Source: Schizochytrium sp. TIO01
Taxonomy: Eukaryota; Protista; Bigyra: Labyrinthulomycetes
Length of the DNA stretch: 64,000 nucleotides
Assembly: GCA_004764695.1 (NCBI GenBank)
Contig: SMSO01000032.1
Coordinates: forward strand, 6,542,483-6,606,482
Direction: 5' to 3'
Made by a program: the position numbers and the translations under genes. Positions within the stretch are counted from its first letter, which is position 1; each line of letters opens with the position of its first letter. The notes beneath the pieces are model-generated. The model ran no database searches and was not told the origin of the DNA. It saw nothing but the letters and a program-made list of their open reading frames with translations. This document shows, piece by piece, positions 21,623 through 33,823 of this stretch.

Positions 21623-24318
21623 ACGTTTGTAGTTGTTGCGATTGCAATTCTCCAATCTTGGCACGCCGCGTGCCCAAGCTTTCTTTGTTGGTCCTGCGAA
21701 GAGACCAACAAATGCCCGAAGGCCACACGTGCGGCGAACTTGGTGAAACCCGTGCCTCCGCCGGGACGCCGGGGCAGGTGGCACGACCGACCGGCCTCAA
21801 AGTGAGCGAACTATGAACGAATTGACGGCATTGCTATTTATGATGATGAGTCTCACTAAAAAAAGTGAAGAGAAGAGAGAAACGGGGAAACGAGAAAGAA
21901 ATAATGGGAATATATGAATGGCTGAACAGGGAATGAGCGAGCGAGTCACACAAGATGAAATTCGGAGCTCATCTTGAAACCAACCTCTCACGCGATTGAT
22001 TTTGGCTCTATGGCCCCTCAGGGCGCCAATTGGTTGTTTTCGGCGCTTGATCGATGCTCAGCTACGGTGAACTGTGCCTCTCCTTGAATCGAATAAATAT
22101 GGTTACAGCGTGAGCTGATTCATTATTATTATTATTATTATTTAATATTTTTTCTATAATACCATAGAGTATAAAACGCTTAGTTGAGTTTTGATGGCGA
22201 GGATCGCGAAACCAGCATCAGCGTAAGGCAGCCAATCGGCAATTTTGAAGAAGACAGCAGCCGCTCGCTTATGCCGAAGCTGACGATGACGCGGAAGTTG
22301 CAGGGAACTTTCATAGTTCTGTTTGACGCCGATAATGTAATAGCTTATTACTAGTTATAAATGTCAAAGTTCTGATCTCCCGGACAATAAAATAGCAAAA
22401 GGATGAATGGAAAAATGCGAGTCGCGGATGACATAATTACAGCTCGCGAAACGTAAATTGCAAAGCTTTGCTCTGCCAAGAATAGCCAGGATCATTGTCA
22501 TGAGGTTATTGAGTTTCAAATAATGCGAATGCGTTCACATGGACATGCAACGAATGACGAGAGTACGACAACATGCTACAAGAGCGAGGTTTATATTCAT
22601 GGCAGCTCTAGCTAGATGACTCCGACTTATTCATCCTAATTTCGCGGTATTTGGCACCTGGCGAGTCTTGCGGCACAAATCATCGCTGCGCTGCTGCATT
22701 TCTGGAGTTCATATCCAAGGCACCCTTTTGTCTATCTGGATGTAGGTCGTTTGGTCACGAGGATGCCGTACGAAAGCCTTTAGGAGATGGCGACTAGTTC
22801 TTTCCTTCCATAGACTGCAGCAACTCTTAAATCTGCCTGAGTGAACCTAATCTGTCGTCCTTGGGGCAGTATGTAGGTAGCTCTAGGTTTCTCTTTCGCA
22901 CTTGTAAGCCACACCCCCAACTCAATAAATTACATACACACAATCAATTCATAGTCTAAGTCGCGCGCTTCCAAGCTTCTTTCATGAAAATCCACAAGTA
23001 CAAGCAAATAGAGTGCCTGCTTTCAATGTTTAAACGGATCCCGTCGCGCTTTTTGACAGCCAAGTTTTCCTTTGTAAATAAAAACAAATTTGCTTCTTTA
23101 AGGCGCCTACTTTGGTAGGTAGGTACTACTACTGAGTTCCCCTTTTTCACGGCCTTTACATTTTCTTTCAAGTTCATAGTGAATATTTAATGGGGCCCTG
23201 TAATGCTAAGAAGCATGAAACTATATTACCTATTTTCCTCTAGAGGTACCTCTGGCAAGGAGAAGAGTGAGTTTCATTTTTTGTTATTGCAAAAACTTTC
23301 TGGATAAAGGTGAACATAGTTTGGTGACTTGAAGGTGTTGAGAGCGTAAGGCAAATTCAGAGCACCTTGAGGATGGTTTGTTTCGTCGAGCTGGGTCTAT
23401 GTCTGAATATCTCATTCCTAGTATCATACCTCAAGAGGAATTGTATTGCTATTTGCTGTGGTGGGCGAGCTTTGTCAAGACCCAGACTGAAACATGTATC
23501 ATGACATAGGGATTAGCACTTACTACCAAAGTACACAAAGTCTTACCGATCGCCGACTCTAACTAATGGGATGTTGGAGAGGACTGAGTTGAAAACTTCC
23601 GGCCAAAGCATCGAACCTGGCCGCCGAGAAACTCGTCGGACAACTAACTATCGCTTAGAGATCATAGAAACTGTAGTTAATGAAGAAAGAAAACACAATT
23701 TGGGCTAATTGACGCACTTCTGTGAGGCTCGTATCTATGTTGTCTACACCATCGCGAGCAACGGGACAAGCTTTATTCAGGCAGTGATGATGTTTTCACT
23801 ATGTTTGACAGTGGGTATTGACTCTGACCGACTGACTAGAAAGCCTGACTAACTAGGGTATCCATCAGTACGTAGAGGACAAGTGCGGCCAAACCCACAG
23901 GTTTGCGCTGGTTCCATGCGCCATTCTTTCCTAAGACCTGTTCAATTTGACGACGGATAGACTGACCTAGAGATCTTATGCAAAGATGTATGATCCCCAA
24001 TGACTTCATAAAGACAGATAAGAACCATCTATGAGAAGCATATGTATGGTGGAATCCACATATGACACAGATACCAGTTGCTAAAAGATACATTAACTTG
24101 AATTTATATAATTAGCGAGTTGATTTCTCGTCAAAAATCATCAGGAATGGTGTTGTTACATTGTTTAAAGTGTAAGAGTTGACGAACTCATTTTGCCACT
24201 GCTCCGGTGCTGCAGAATGTGTGTGTTAAATGAAACTAATCAAAAGTCAACAATTGTCTGACATGCAGCTTAATATTCCAATACGGATCCACAAAATTCA
24301 TATTCAGTCGCAAAAGGT

Positions 24319-27300
24319 TTATTCGATCTTATAGAGGTCGAATGACAAACGCTCTGCTTCGCGAAGGCGGTCTGCATAGATCGGCGTGCGCAGGTATGTC
24401 TCCATAAGCTCGTATAGACCATCCAGAGATCGGCTGATCTCATGCAAACAATCTGCCAACAAAGGCAAATTGAGCATGAGTGCCAAATCTCGCGAAGACA
24501 TGACATGATTGAGAAAGAGTTCATCGCGGTACGCACGGCCTACAAAGTTATGAACAACCTCATTCAGAAGTCGTGGTGAAGCAGCAATAGGTCGAAGAAC
24601 TGGGCTAGAACTGCGATCACGTTTGTTCAATTGTGAGGCCACTGCAGCAAACGAAGTTGTGAGCCAGCGGTTAGCTGCAAAGAAAATTTGCGCAGTATCG
24701 GTATTCATGGTCTTGCTTGGGTTTCCCTCTTTATCGCGAAGATAAATCTGAACGCCACCTAGATGATTCAGTTTCCAGAGTGATTGCCAAATCTCCTGCG
24801 AACATTTCACGGCCTTTGAATAAAGAGGAAGAGGCGCATCAAAGTTGACATGCTGCAAGTCTTCAAGCTGGACAGAGCGAAGCATCATACCCGTTTCTAA
24901 ATAGAGAGTACGCGCTATCCGATGTTCAAATGCAGCTAGGTGAGGAGACATTGTATCGATCTTGTACGGATGTTCATACTGATCTGTGAGCACTTGCTCA
25001 ACAAGAACAATGAAATCGTGATATGAGCCAGCAATAGCCTCGCGGATAGAATCGCGACCACTTGTAGGCCAAAAACATATCGAGAGGAAAAGCGCACCAG
25101 TAGCACCAATTGCAGACGATGCGATCACGTAACCACCTTCCTTCCATACATTGATTTGAGAGGGGTCACTTGACTTCACAAAGCCAACAGAGATACTCAC
25201 CAGTGTACGAACCATACTGTATCCAGCATAACCCCAAGGGGGCCACTTTGTCTTGAACCAGAGATAACATAGGAGTGCGACCACCTCAAATGCAAACAAA
25301 ATCCACTTCCTGTTTTCATCTGTGCAGCCATTGATACACGCCAGCTCCCAAGCGACTCCAATAATTATGGCACCTGCAATGACACCACAAAGACGATGAA
25401 TTACGCGTTCAATCACAAGACCAGTCTGAGACTTGAAAAGCACAACCTGGAATGCGAAAATGCCATTGACAAATTGCATGAGTGAGTACCATTTGTAAGA
25501 TTGTTGTAACATTCCAGGTAGAACCATGAACGTAGTACCCAAAGCAAATTTGAAGGAAAGTTTCCATTCATTTGAGGAAAACAAAGTAAGTGTTGCATGT
25601 TCCCATCGAGAAATCCAGCTATCAAAAGGTTTGTAAAGATTCTCTTTGTCCGAGGAGTGTAATGTTGGAATGATCGGATCGGCAAAGGGGAAGGTCATAT
25701 CCCACTCCTTCTGTGCAAGTGTTTTATCAGGGATACTCTCTTTGGCAAACTCCTCGGTAACCTGTTTCTGTTCCTTGACAAGCTTGAGAAGAACCAGCAC
25801 ATAACTAATGAGCTTTGTTCGTTTGAAAAACACGTGATCTGGGATTTCAGTATTGCTGCTATCATATGCCTGAGTTGCGTGCGTCCGCAGATAACGTTGC
25901 ATCCAGGTGATAGCCAAATCCTCCAACTCTTTTGCAATTTTCTCCATGGCGCCTTGCTCACGCTCAAGTTGCTTTAGCGTATGTTCTCGAGCCTCGTCGT
26001 TTGACCTGTCGGAGGGTACCATATAGACAAGCTTGGCCATACGGTGCGCACCCAGTTCGAGCAAAAGGTTAAGCTTTGTAATGAGCACAGGAATATTCTC
26101 CCGCTCCAATGCCTTACGTTCTGCCTCGGCATCATCAATGGTTGCATGCTCAATACTATCTTGTCGACGAAAGATACTCTTGTGAAATTCCAAAGTCTCA
26201 GAAGGGCCATCTTCCTCATTATCAATCTCAAAGTCCTCTCTGTTATTGACCACGTCGGCAGCTGCAGCTCGTGCACTTCGAGAAATGTTCAAAGTGTTTG
26301 TGTAGCGTTCGAGATAGCGGTAGCCGTCGCCTTTCCGGAAAAAACGGGTTTCCAGGAGGGCCGCATTCACCCATTTTTGCGTCACAGGAATGGATGAAAT
26401 TTCCTTCTGACGGGCGTCATCCAAGGCATCAATGAGATCCTTTTCAATGCGAGTGTGGCACGATGATGCTTTCGGGTTGAGCGTATGAATTGCAATTCGG
26501 TCATAGACTGGTCGCAGATGTCGCAAGACGGAAGCATACATTGCATACCGGTTTTGAAGAGACTGCCTTGCATCTTTATTTGCCGACCAAGGGAAAATGA
26601 GTACAGCACTGAGCCAGTGCACAATAAAAGCGGCACCAATACCAAAAGTCGCACCTCCCAGCGCCAGCATCACCTCTGTAAAAGGATACTCATAGTCGTT
26701 CATGTTATAAATCTGAAAAATTGCGACATGAATAATCGAGAACGTGATCGTCGGACCCATGAGAGTCATAAGGACAGAAACGCGTAAGACACCGATGAGA
26801 AATGCTATCAAGACACCGACGAAAAAGAGAACAAGATAGCCAACAATATTGCGAGGAGAAATTGCCACAATCAGAATAGAGTAAACAATGTAAAATGGCC
26901 ACGCGCTGAGAAGGACCATAATTTGTTGCATCTCATATCCTAAGCAAGTCATATGGATAGGGCGGAGGGCCAAAATCAGAGCCAGGATGGGAATCATCAG
27001 AGAGGTATTGTATGAAATAGTCTGAATAATTTCCCAGAAAGGAAGGAATAAGGCGATTGTTGCGACAACTGCATTTCTCACCAAAATTTTCTCCGGAAGG
27101 CCGAATGTGAACTTGCACCATCGAGACCTTTTAGGTTTCTCGTCGACAGGAGTTGCTGTGGGCAGCGGAGGTGGCGCAGCCTCGCCTTTCTCCAGGTCGT
27201 ATGATGTGTGACCAGGAGCAGACATTTCCCTCAAGCACTTGCGTGCATATTGATCAACTTTTTCCAGCCATTCGTCTCCAGACGCATCTCTGCGCAACGT

Positions 27301-27414
27301 GTCGAGCTCCCTGCGCTCGGCAAGACTAGCCTCAGCTAATTGGCTCTCCTGTAGTCTCTCATATTGTTCTTCGGACCATTCTTGAAAGAGCTGTTCGGCT
27401 CTGCCGTCTGTCAT
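24319..27414 (-). CDS. ALMT/FUSC-superfamily membrane protein, paralog 4, 1031 aa
   Basis: Same motif set. Start context caaaccATG. Closest to paralog 5. Confidence 0.8.
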   Translation of the reverse strand: MTDGRAEQLFQEWSEEQYERLQESQLAEASLAERRELDTLRRDASGDEWLEKVDQYARKCLREMSAPGHTSYDLEKGEAAPPPLPTATPVDEKPKRSRWCKFTFGLPEKILVRNAVVATIALFLPFWEIIQTISYNTSLMIPILALILALRPIHMTCLGYEMQQIMVLLSAWPFYIVYSILIVAISPRNIVGYLVLFFVGVLIAFLIGVLRVSVLMTLMGPTITFSIIHVAIFQIYNMNDYEYPFTEVMLALGGATFGIGAAFIVHWLSAVLIFPWSANKDARQSLQNRYAMYASVLRHLRPVYDRIAIHTLNPKASSCHTRIEKDLIDALDDARQKEISSIPVTQKWVNAALLETRFFRKGDGYRYLERYTNTLNISRSARAAAADVVNNREDFEIDNEEDGPSETLEFHKSIFRRQDSIEHATIDDAEAERKALERENIPVLITKLNLLLELGAHRMAKLVYMVPSDRSNDEAREHTLKQLEREQGAMEKIAKELEDLAITWMQRYLRTHATQAYDSSNTEIPDHVFFKRTKLISYVLVLLKLVKEQKQVTEEFAKESIPDKTLAQKEWDMTFPFADPIIPTLHSSDKENLYKPFDSWISRWEHATLTLFSSNEWKLSFKFALGTTFMVLPGMLQQSYKWYSLMQFVNGIFAFQVVLFKSQTGLVIERVIHRLCGVIAGAIIIGVAWELACINGCTDENRKWILFAFEVVALLCYLWFKTKWPPWGYAGYSMVRTLVSISVGFVKSSDPSQINVWKEGGYVIASSAIGATGALFLSICFWPTSGRDSIREAIAGSYHDFIVLVEQVLTDQYEHPYKIDTMSPHLAAFEHRIARTLYLETGMMLRSVQLEDLQHVNFDAPLPLYSKAVKCSQEIWQSLWKLNHLGGVQIYLRDKEGNPSKTMNTDTAQIFFAANRWLTTSFAAVASQLNKRDRSSSPVLRPIAASPRLLNEVVHNFVGRAYRDELFLNHVMSSRDLALMLNLPLLADCLHEISRSLDGLYELMETYLRTPIYADRLREAERLSFDLYKIE

Positions 27415-28974
27415 GGTTTGGTTTGCACAAACACTAGATGGCGGACCCCTCCAAAGTAGGTTTGGTGGTGCCCGAAATGAAGTATTACCTCAAAGACTGC
27501 CTGTATCAAATTTTTGTATACTTCACCCTAATAAATACTGGACTCTGAAGTTGTGGCTGAAAGCGGCGAAAATATCGCTCGGCTTTCCCGCTTTACTCTT
27601 GACAAGGAGTCTGCTGTCTTCTGGAAAGTACTCTTTATCACTACAATGCACAGTACAGAGTAGACCGCGGCTCAATCGACTCTTGAAGCGAGATCGTCGA
27701 TGGCGATTTTGTGGATGTGTGCAAATATTGTATCGAACTTTTCTGAAACTTCACGTGTACTGGCAACAGCGAATTACTTCTCAGTCGCGACCCGCTCTTC
27801 CACGCAGACGCAAGCAAAACCAAGCCTCGTTGTCCTTCTTGTACTACAAGCAGCAGAAGACAAAGGTAGCTGCAGGTGCCGTGACTGCTCTCAAGTTCAG
27901 GTACTGCTCAAACAATCGGACCAAGCTCCTCCCGATTTTTAATTTTCTGTCCCAATCTTCCCGTTGCGGCTCTCGGGGTCTCAGATCACCACCAGCCGTG
28001 AATCGGAGAAGCCTCTAGTATAGTACTGTTTCTCTGTTTTAGAAATACGCAGTAGGTCTCTAATGATGATTGGCCTATTCGTCGTTTCTTCCTCCACGTC
28101 GTCGATCGCGACGGAAGTCGCCAATTCAATCCCAAGCCTTCTACTACTACTTCCCCTCCTTTGCCCTTCTCGCCAGACTTTGACGCTTCTGTAAATTACC
28201 AGCTTCGTTCGGGCCAACCGCTGAGCCAAACTCTCGGGTAAAGCTTCTTTTCGACGTTCTCACCGTTCCGAGCAGTATGCCTCTATAAGGTCAAGCTCTC
28301 GAATAGAAAATTAAGCGATACCAGCAGCAACCGCGGCAGCAACGACAAAGGCACCCGCAAACCTGAGCAGCTCTAGGTCGGCGTCTGATAAGGGGTCGAA
28401 GTTGATAAGATTTGATGCTAGCTAGCTAGCCTGTTAGTGTTTTGGAGATCGTTTCTGAGTGAGGTCTGAGGTCTCCTTATTACAACAGCTCTCAAAGCGT
28501 TTAATTGTAGTAGAAAACTAGACAAATGGGCCACGAACCACGTTGCAGGCGACTACAATTGCACAATGAAGAAAGCAGTTGCTAGCCACCTAGTATCTTC
28601 TTGACGTTGAGCAGTTGCCAGCCTTTATTGATCTCCACGAAGCGAGCACCGCGTATGTGACGTACTTTTAGCGAGTAGGAGTGCGGGCGAGCTGGCGCTG
28701 ATCCACAGGAATAGTCGAGTTGAAGATGCGACGCAGGTATAGGAAGGGCTCTGCAAAGCGGTTTAGATCTGCGGGTCTGTTCTTTCGGTGGGCAAAGCTC
28801 TGTTTGTGCTACCAGCGGTGCAGGCTTTTATTCTGCAGCGGCACGTTTAATCTGGGTTTGTTGCGGGCCCAGGACACAAGAACTCTGGAGCCTCTTAGAG
28901 TCGGAATTCACGAACAGAAACTTTCAAGAAACGTGAAGAAAAAAACAAAGAAAAAAAGAAAAATGCCACTAAAG
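27415..28974 (-). promoter_or_regulatory. Putative AUG-free 5' leader of paralog 4
   Basis: No CAT on the + strand over 1560 nt. The stretch ends at an AT-rich island near 28930-29050. Confidence 0.7.
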
Positions 28975-30837
28975 CATTTTCTTTTAAAACTAAAAACATT
29001 TTCTGGGTCATTTTTTCTTTTAAATAATTAAGTTGATTATATATATACATGTACTAATGAAAGGTTCAGATGCGAGTGAAAGATTGCCACGGATAATTCG
29101 TCGAGCAAGCTGTACGATTAATAACACGTGGTCGCATGTAAGCATGCGCAGCAGTCGTCGCCAAACTTGACTGTTGTGATGCGTCTATATTTACAGCCGC
29201 TGTGCCGATGGACCTCCGAAGTCATATCTACACGCTGCCGTGCCGCCCTTTATCTTTTCGTTTTCCTCTTCCTCAAATGATGTACAAAAAGAGAATCCCA
29301 TATTGTTATCATATATCCATGTTGTTAGAAAAAAAAAAAAAACATTTTTTTATTTTTTTTTTCCAAAAATGTCTAGAACACCTTTTCTCAATAGTAAGTA
29401 GTAAATAGTAAAGGTAATAGAAGCAGGGCGTGACCTTTTAATGAAAATAAAATCTCACGGAAAATCCAACTTCTTTTCTCCTTCTACTTTCTCCATTGCT
29501 TTTTCTTCTCAGCTGAACAAATGAGAAGTTTTTGCCACTCTGTGCTTTCCAACTTACAAGACCCGGTATTGCGGCAGTGTCAGAGGGCGATGATGGAGTG
29601 CTTGACGATGAAGTGGAGCTCAGCATGATCGATCTCGTGGCGTTTCTTTCTCGAGAGAGAACAGGCGAAGACGGTTATTTGATTGCTAAGCAGCAAGGTC
29701 GTCAGAGCTGATTGACGGTAATGAACCGCTCAGAACACTGGGATTTCCACAAGTTGTAACCATTGGTGGTTGCCGCTATTTGAGTTCAACCTACGAACGT
29801 TGTGCCAAAAAATAGAACTCATCGTTGCATATGCACCGAGTGGTACATGATGATAGTCGTAGTCGTCATCACTCAGGATAACCTTGCATAAAATGGTACC
29901 ACCATTGTATATCTTTTACTCTCAAATTGGGGTTTAGCAATAATTGTCGTTCGCTTCAGCGCGATCCTCTTTCATGTTCAAGAAAATCCATCGTCACCCC
30001 CCAAAATATCGCTCCTACTAAAACCTTACAACAAAAACAAATCAAAACAAAATAAAACAAGAAACTTAGAAACCAGAAAACGAAGCTCTTCAAAAGTTGA
30101 CGAGCATGCACGTTTTTATGGTATCCTTTACTCGCAAGGCCATGATCCCAACTTGCTTTCGAGAGTATTCAACAGCTCAATTACGTACAGTTACGATGAG
30201 TCTCTAGAACCGACTCGTGAATACCCCTACTCTTGTGCGGTCTGCACTGAAGAAATTGCTTCACATTCGTTCGATTGATTGATCGGCAATTGACTGGTCA
30301 CCTTTAGAGATTGCTTTCTAATTTCTCCTACTCCCTGCTATCAAGTAGATAGAAGAAGGGTTTGTTTACCCTCTGATTGACGATGCGATGATGATTGTTC
30401 ACTTGAATTGGGAATGTATGCACACATACCATTCATTAAAAGCTCAACAAACCAAAATTACTACTTTAAAGTAAGAATAACAATACTCCTAATAGTGGTA
30501 ACTTCAAAAGAGGGTGAGAATTGATTGCTTTCTTTGTGAAAATTGACTAAATTTGTCAACTTGAGCCCTCAGACAGAGGGGTACAAAGAAAGCAAACCAG
30601 GCCTCCTCATCTGCGATTTGTTTCCTCGCCTTCGTTCGCTCTGGATCCACCCACGCTTCTATTCTGTGTAAACGCTGCGGAGTCTCCGTGGCAAGCAGGC
30701 GGCAAGCGTTTTATGCCATTCGCTTCTTGTGCTCGCCCGACACTGCTACGGAATGGTTTTGATGTATGAGCACGAGCATATTTCATCATTGCGCGGTTAT
30801 GGCGGCGAGTCGGAGAAGCGCTACTTCGACGAGGCAG

Positions 30838-30920
30838 TCATTCATTCACTCATTCACTCATTCACTCATTCACTCATTCACTCATTCACTCATTCACTCA
30901 TTCACTCATTCATGCATTCA
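30838..30920. repeat. (CATTCACT)n microsatellite
   Basis: Read directly. Confidence 0.9.
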
Positions 30921-31058
30921 GTCGGTCAGTCGGTCGGTCGCCCTCTTCATCGTCTTCACCTTCAGGTTCTTCGCCGACGACGTACAAAACGCCACCAGCT
31001 TGCAACAAGTTCTGCTTTAACGCAGCACCTAGAGCACGGCCAGGGACTGCTGCTTCGA

Positions 31059-31305
31059 GTGAATGAATGAATAATCAATTGAATGAATGAATGAGAATGA
31101 ATGAATAATTGAATGAATAATTGAATGAATGAATTAGAATGAATGAATGAATGAATGAATAATTGAATGAATAATTGAATGAATAATTGAATGAATGAAT
31201 TAGAATGAATGAATGAATTAGAATGAATAATTGAATGAATAATTGAATGAATGAATTGAATGAATAATTGAATGAATGAATTAATGAATGAATGAATGAA
31301 TGAAT
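31059..31305. repeat. Degenerate (GAAT)n microsatellite with GAATAATT/GAATTA variants
   Basis: Read directly. Confidence 0.9.
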
Positions 31306-31482
31306 GGCCACTGACCAGACTCCAGTCTCAGTCCTGGCGAGCTGGGCCTGCTGCCCTTCTTCCTGCCCGCCCGAGACACTCTCCGCACGGTGCCTGGCGC
31401 AGCCTTCGCCTCGGACCTGTGAATTAACTAGCTGACGCCTGAAGAGTCTTACGAGCGAGCGAATATATAAGTTTGCATTCCT

Positions 31483-31640
31483 GATGCGATGCAATGCAAT
31501 GCGATGCGATGCGATGCGATGCGATGCGATGCGTTGAGGCCCTCTTTGCTTGCTTGCTTGCTTTGTTTGTGGGGCTCGCCTTTTTCGCAGACCGGGGGTC
31601 GTGCAATCCATCCATTAGGAACCTTGCTTGCTTGCTTGCG
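31483..31640. repeat. (GATGC)n and (TTGC)n microsatellites
   Basis: Read directly. Confidence 0.85.
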
Positions 31641-33216
31641 CTCTCGGCTTTAGGCTTGCAGGAAGCGAAGTCTGGATTGTAAGAACCTGAAGGTACCTGG
31701 ATTCCTACCTAAGTGGATTGATTATCTGTTTGTATGTGCCAGAACTTGAAGAAACGACGAAGACCTCTGGAATCTGCACGCTTCCTTCCTGTATAATAGA
31801 CGACGATGACGACGTGGCATTCTGGCGGTCATTTGGGTAAACTGGATTATGAAGTTGGGGGCCAAGGAAGCTGAGCGAGAGTCTGGACCGGAGGTTTGAA
31901 GCCAGGTTTTCTTTTCGTTGTTTCTTGCGCTATGCATTATAGCGCTCGCTTTTAAAGTTAGACGAAAGCAGTTCAAGCGCAATTCGCAAACTGTGCGAAT
32001 TGCACTTATGACCTTCATTCAATACTGAATAGCGAATATTGTGCCTTTGAAGGAAAGTCCGTGCTCGGGTGAACTCGGGTCCTGGGGCAAGGGGACAAGG
32101 AAACTGACAATGGACGTACAAAGACGATTGTTGGCATCATATGAAAGCTATCTCCAGAGATCGACGCGCAATTAAAGCTGTGTTGCTACTCGAGGAAAAC
32201 TTGTGCACGCTCGTAATGTAGTAGGTATGAGTATAATTCAACATTTTTTTTAAATTTTCAAATAACTTTTTTTTAAAATATTTTTTCTTAACATTAAAGT
32301 CTTTAGTTATTTTTTTAATTGAAATAAATTTATATAAATGTATTTAATTAAAAATTAAAAATAAATCATTAAAAAGTACTCCTCAGGCTACTACTTAGAG
32401 TAAAATGAACAGACGTACGGGTAGGTTTGTCCTCAGAGAGTCAACGGCGTATGTGCCGTGGGTGTCGGAAACTTTGCGTACCCTGATAGAGACGCTGTAC
32501 ATAGCTTGAGTGAATGTAGCACGCACTCTCTTCCAAAGGGAGGAATGACAGAGAAAACTCAATGGATAACCCGATCGATGGTCATGCCGCTCGCTGTTCA
32601 TTTTAAATAAAGCCAAAACAATCTCTCCTCACTTGACTCAGGCCAAGTACCTTCTACCTAGCTAGAATAAGTGTTTCTCCTTACACCTCTCTTTCGCTTT
32701 CTCTTTCCTTCTTTCTTCATTGTTTCCATGTCTCTAGATGTCACCACTGAATTTGTCAACTGATAACACTCACTTCGAGTCCTTTAGCCCTTGGTGTTCT
32801 TTATTCGGCAGAATGGGCGCCAGAGCTCTGAATTTCCGTTCAAGAGCCACAAACATCCGAGCTTCGAAGGAGGCTTTCTTTATTGGCCAAAGCGACGTGT
32901 GTTTTCTTTCACTCGCTCTTCGTTGAAAGAAAGAACTTAAACTTGACTTTGAACCTCAAGTTATTAGTTGCCGTCTCCTCGCCTTAGAATCTGGAGTCGC
33001 ATACGTACGTGGCATACTTACATACATACGCCACAAGACGATTCAAAAGGCTCCAGACTCCTTAATGGGGGGTAAGCTGAGCTCTTGGGTTCGTGTTTAG
33101 GCTTTCGAGTGTTACCGTGTTGTTTTAGAAACCCTTTGGCATTCGCCTGGATTAGTTGGGCTCGCGAGAGCTCCTGGATTCCACCCAAGCTTGGCAAGAC
33201 TTACCGCTGCGCTATA

Positions 33217-33258
33217 AACAAACAAACAAACAGACGAACAAACAAACAAACAAATAAA
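33217..33258. repeat. (AAAC)n microsatellite
   Basis: Read directly. Confidence 0.85.
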
Positions 33259-33793
33259 TACTGCTACACGACACACCGTGGCTTCCTGACGTGTGTGCTC
33301 GCCTGCAAGATCGACACTTTATGATATTGTCTTCGCCTTCTCTGCCTCAATAACACACGGATTGTTTGCAATCTCGACGGATGCGCTGTCTTTCTGTAAA
33401 TCCAAATTAGGGCGGTCAAAGTGCCTTATGCGCAATAAAAGCCACAGCCTCGCCAGCGTTGACACATTAAGGGGGCACATTCGCCCGTGCGTGGAAGTCT
33501 TCTTCGGAATGAATGTGTTGGATGCTTATAGAGATGTAACGAATTGATCGTTGGAATGGACATCGTTAGTTTTTTGCAGCATACCTCAACATGCCCCGTC
33601 ATTTCGTGAGCAAAACGAAGGCTCTTTGATCGATGCGGTTGCTCCCTTATGAAGGTGGGTCGAGTCTGAACTGGGCCTGGGAGGTACATTCCTAAGTAGC
33701 GGCACCAAAGACTGCGCTCTTCAACGCAGCTTCAGCAGCAACTTTATTCAGAGTTCAACTTGGCACCATCTGGCGCTCTGCTATGGCGCAATT

Positions 33794-33823
33794 GATAGCT
33801 AGCTAGCTAGCTAGCTAGCTATC
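33794..33823. repeat. Self-complementary (TAGC)n microsatellite forming a perfect 30-bp palindrome
   Basis: GATAGCTAGCTAGCTAGCTAGCTAGCTATC equals its own reverse complement. Confidence 0.9.

Noticed and set aside
23595-23630. GGTTCGAT T-loop-like sequence on the minus strand
   Set aside because: No D-arm, anticodon arm or acceptor stem, so not a tRNA.
27413-28018. 201-aa + strand ORF head-to-head with paralog 4 (also 56058-56462, sharing YWQQ)
   Set aside because: No recognisable domain, and the 4-residue match is compatible with chance.
30838-31305. Repeat-spacer-like appearance suggesting CRISPR
   Set aside because: Simple microsatellites with no unique spacers or cas genes, in a eukaryotic context.
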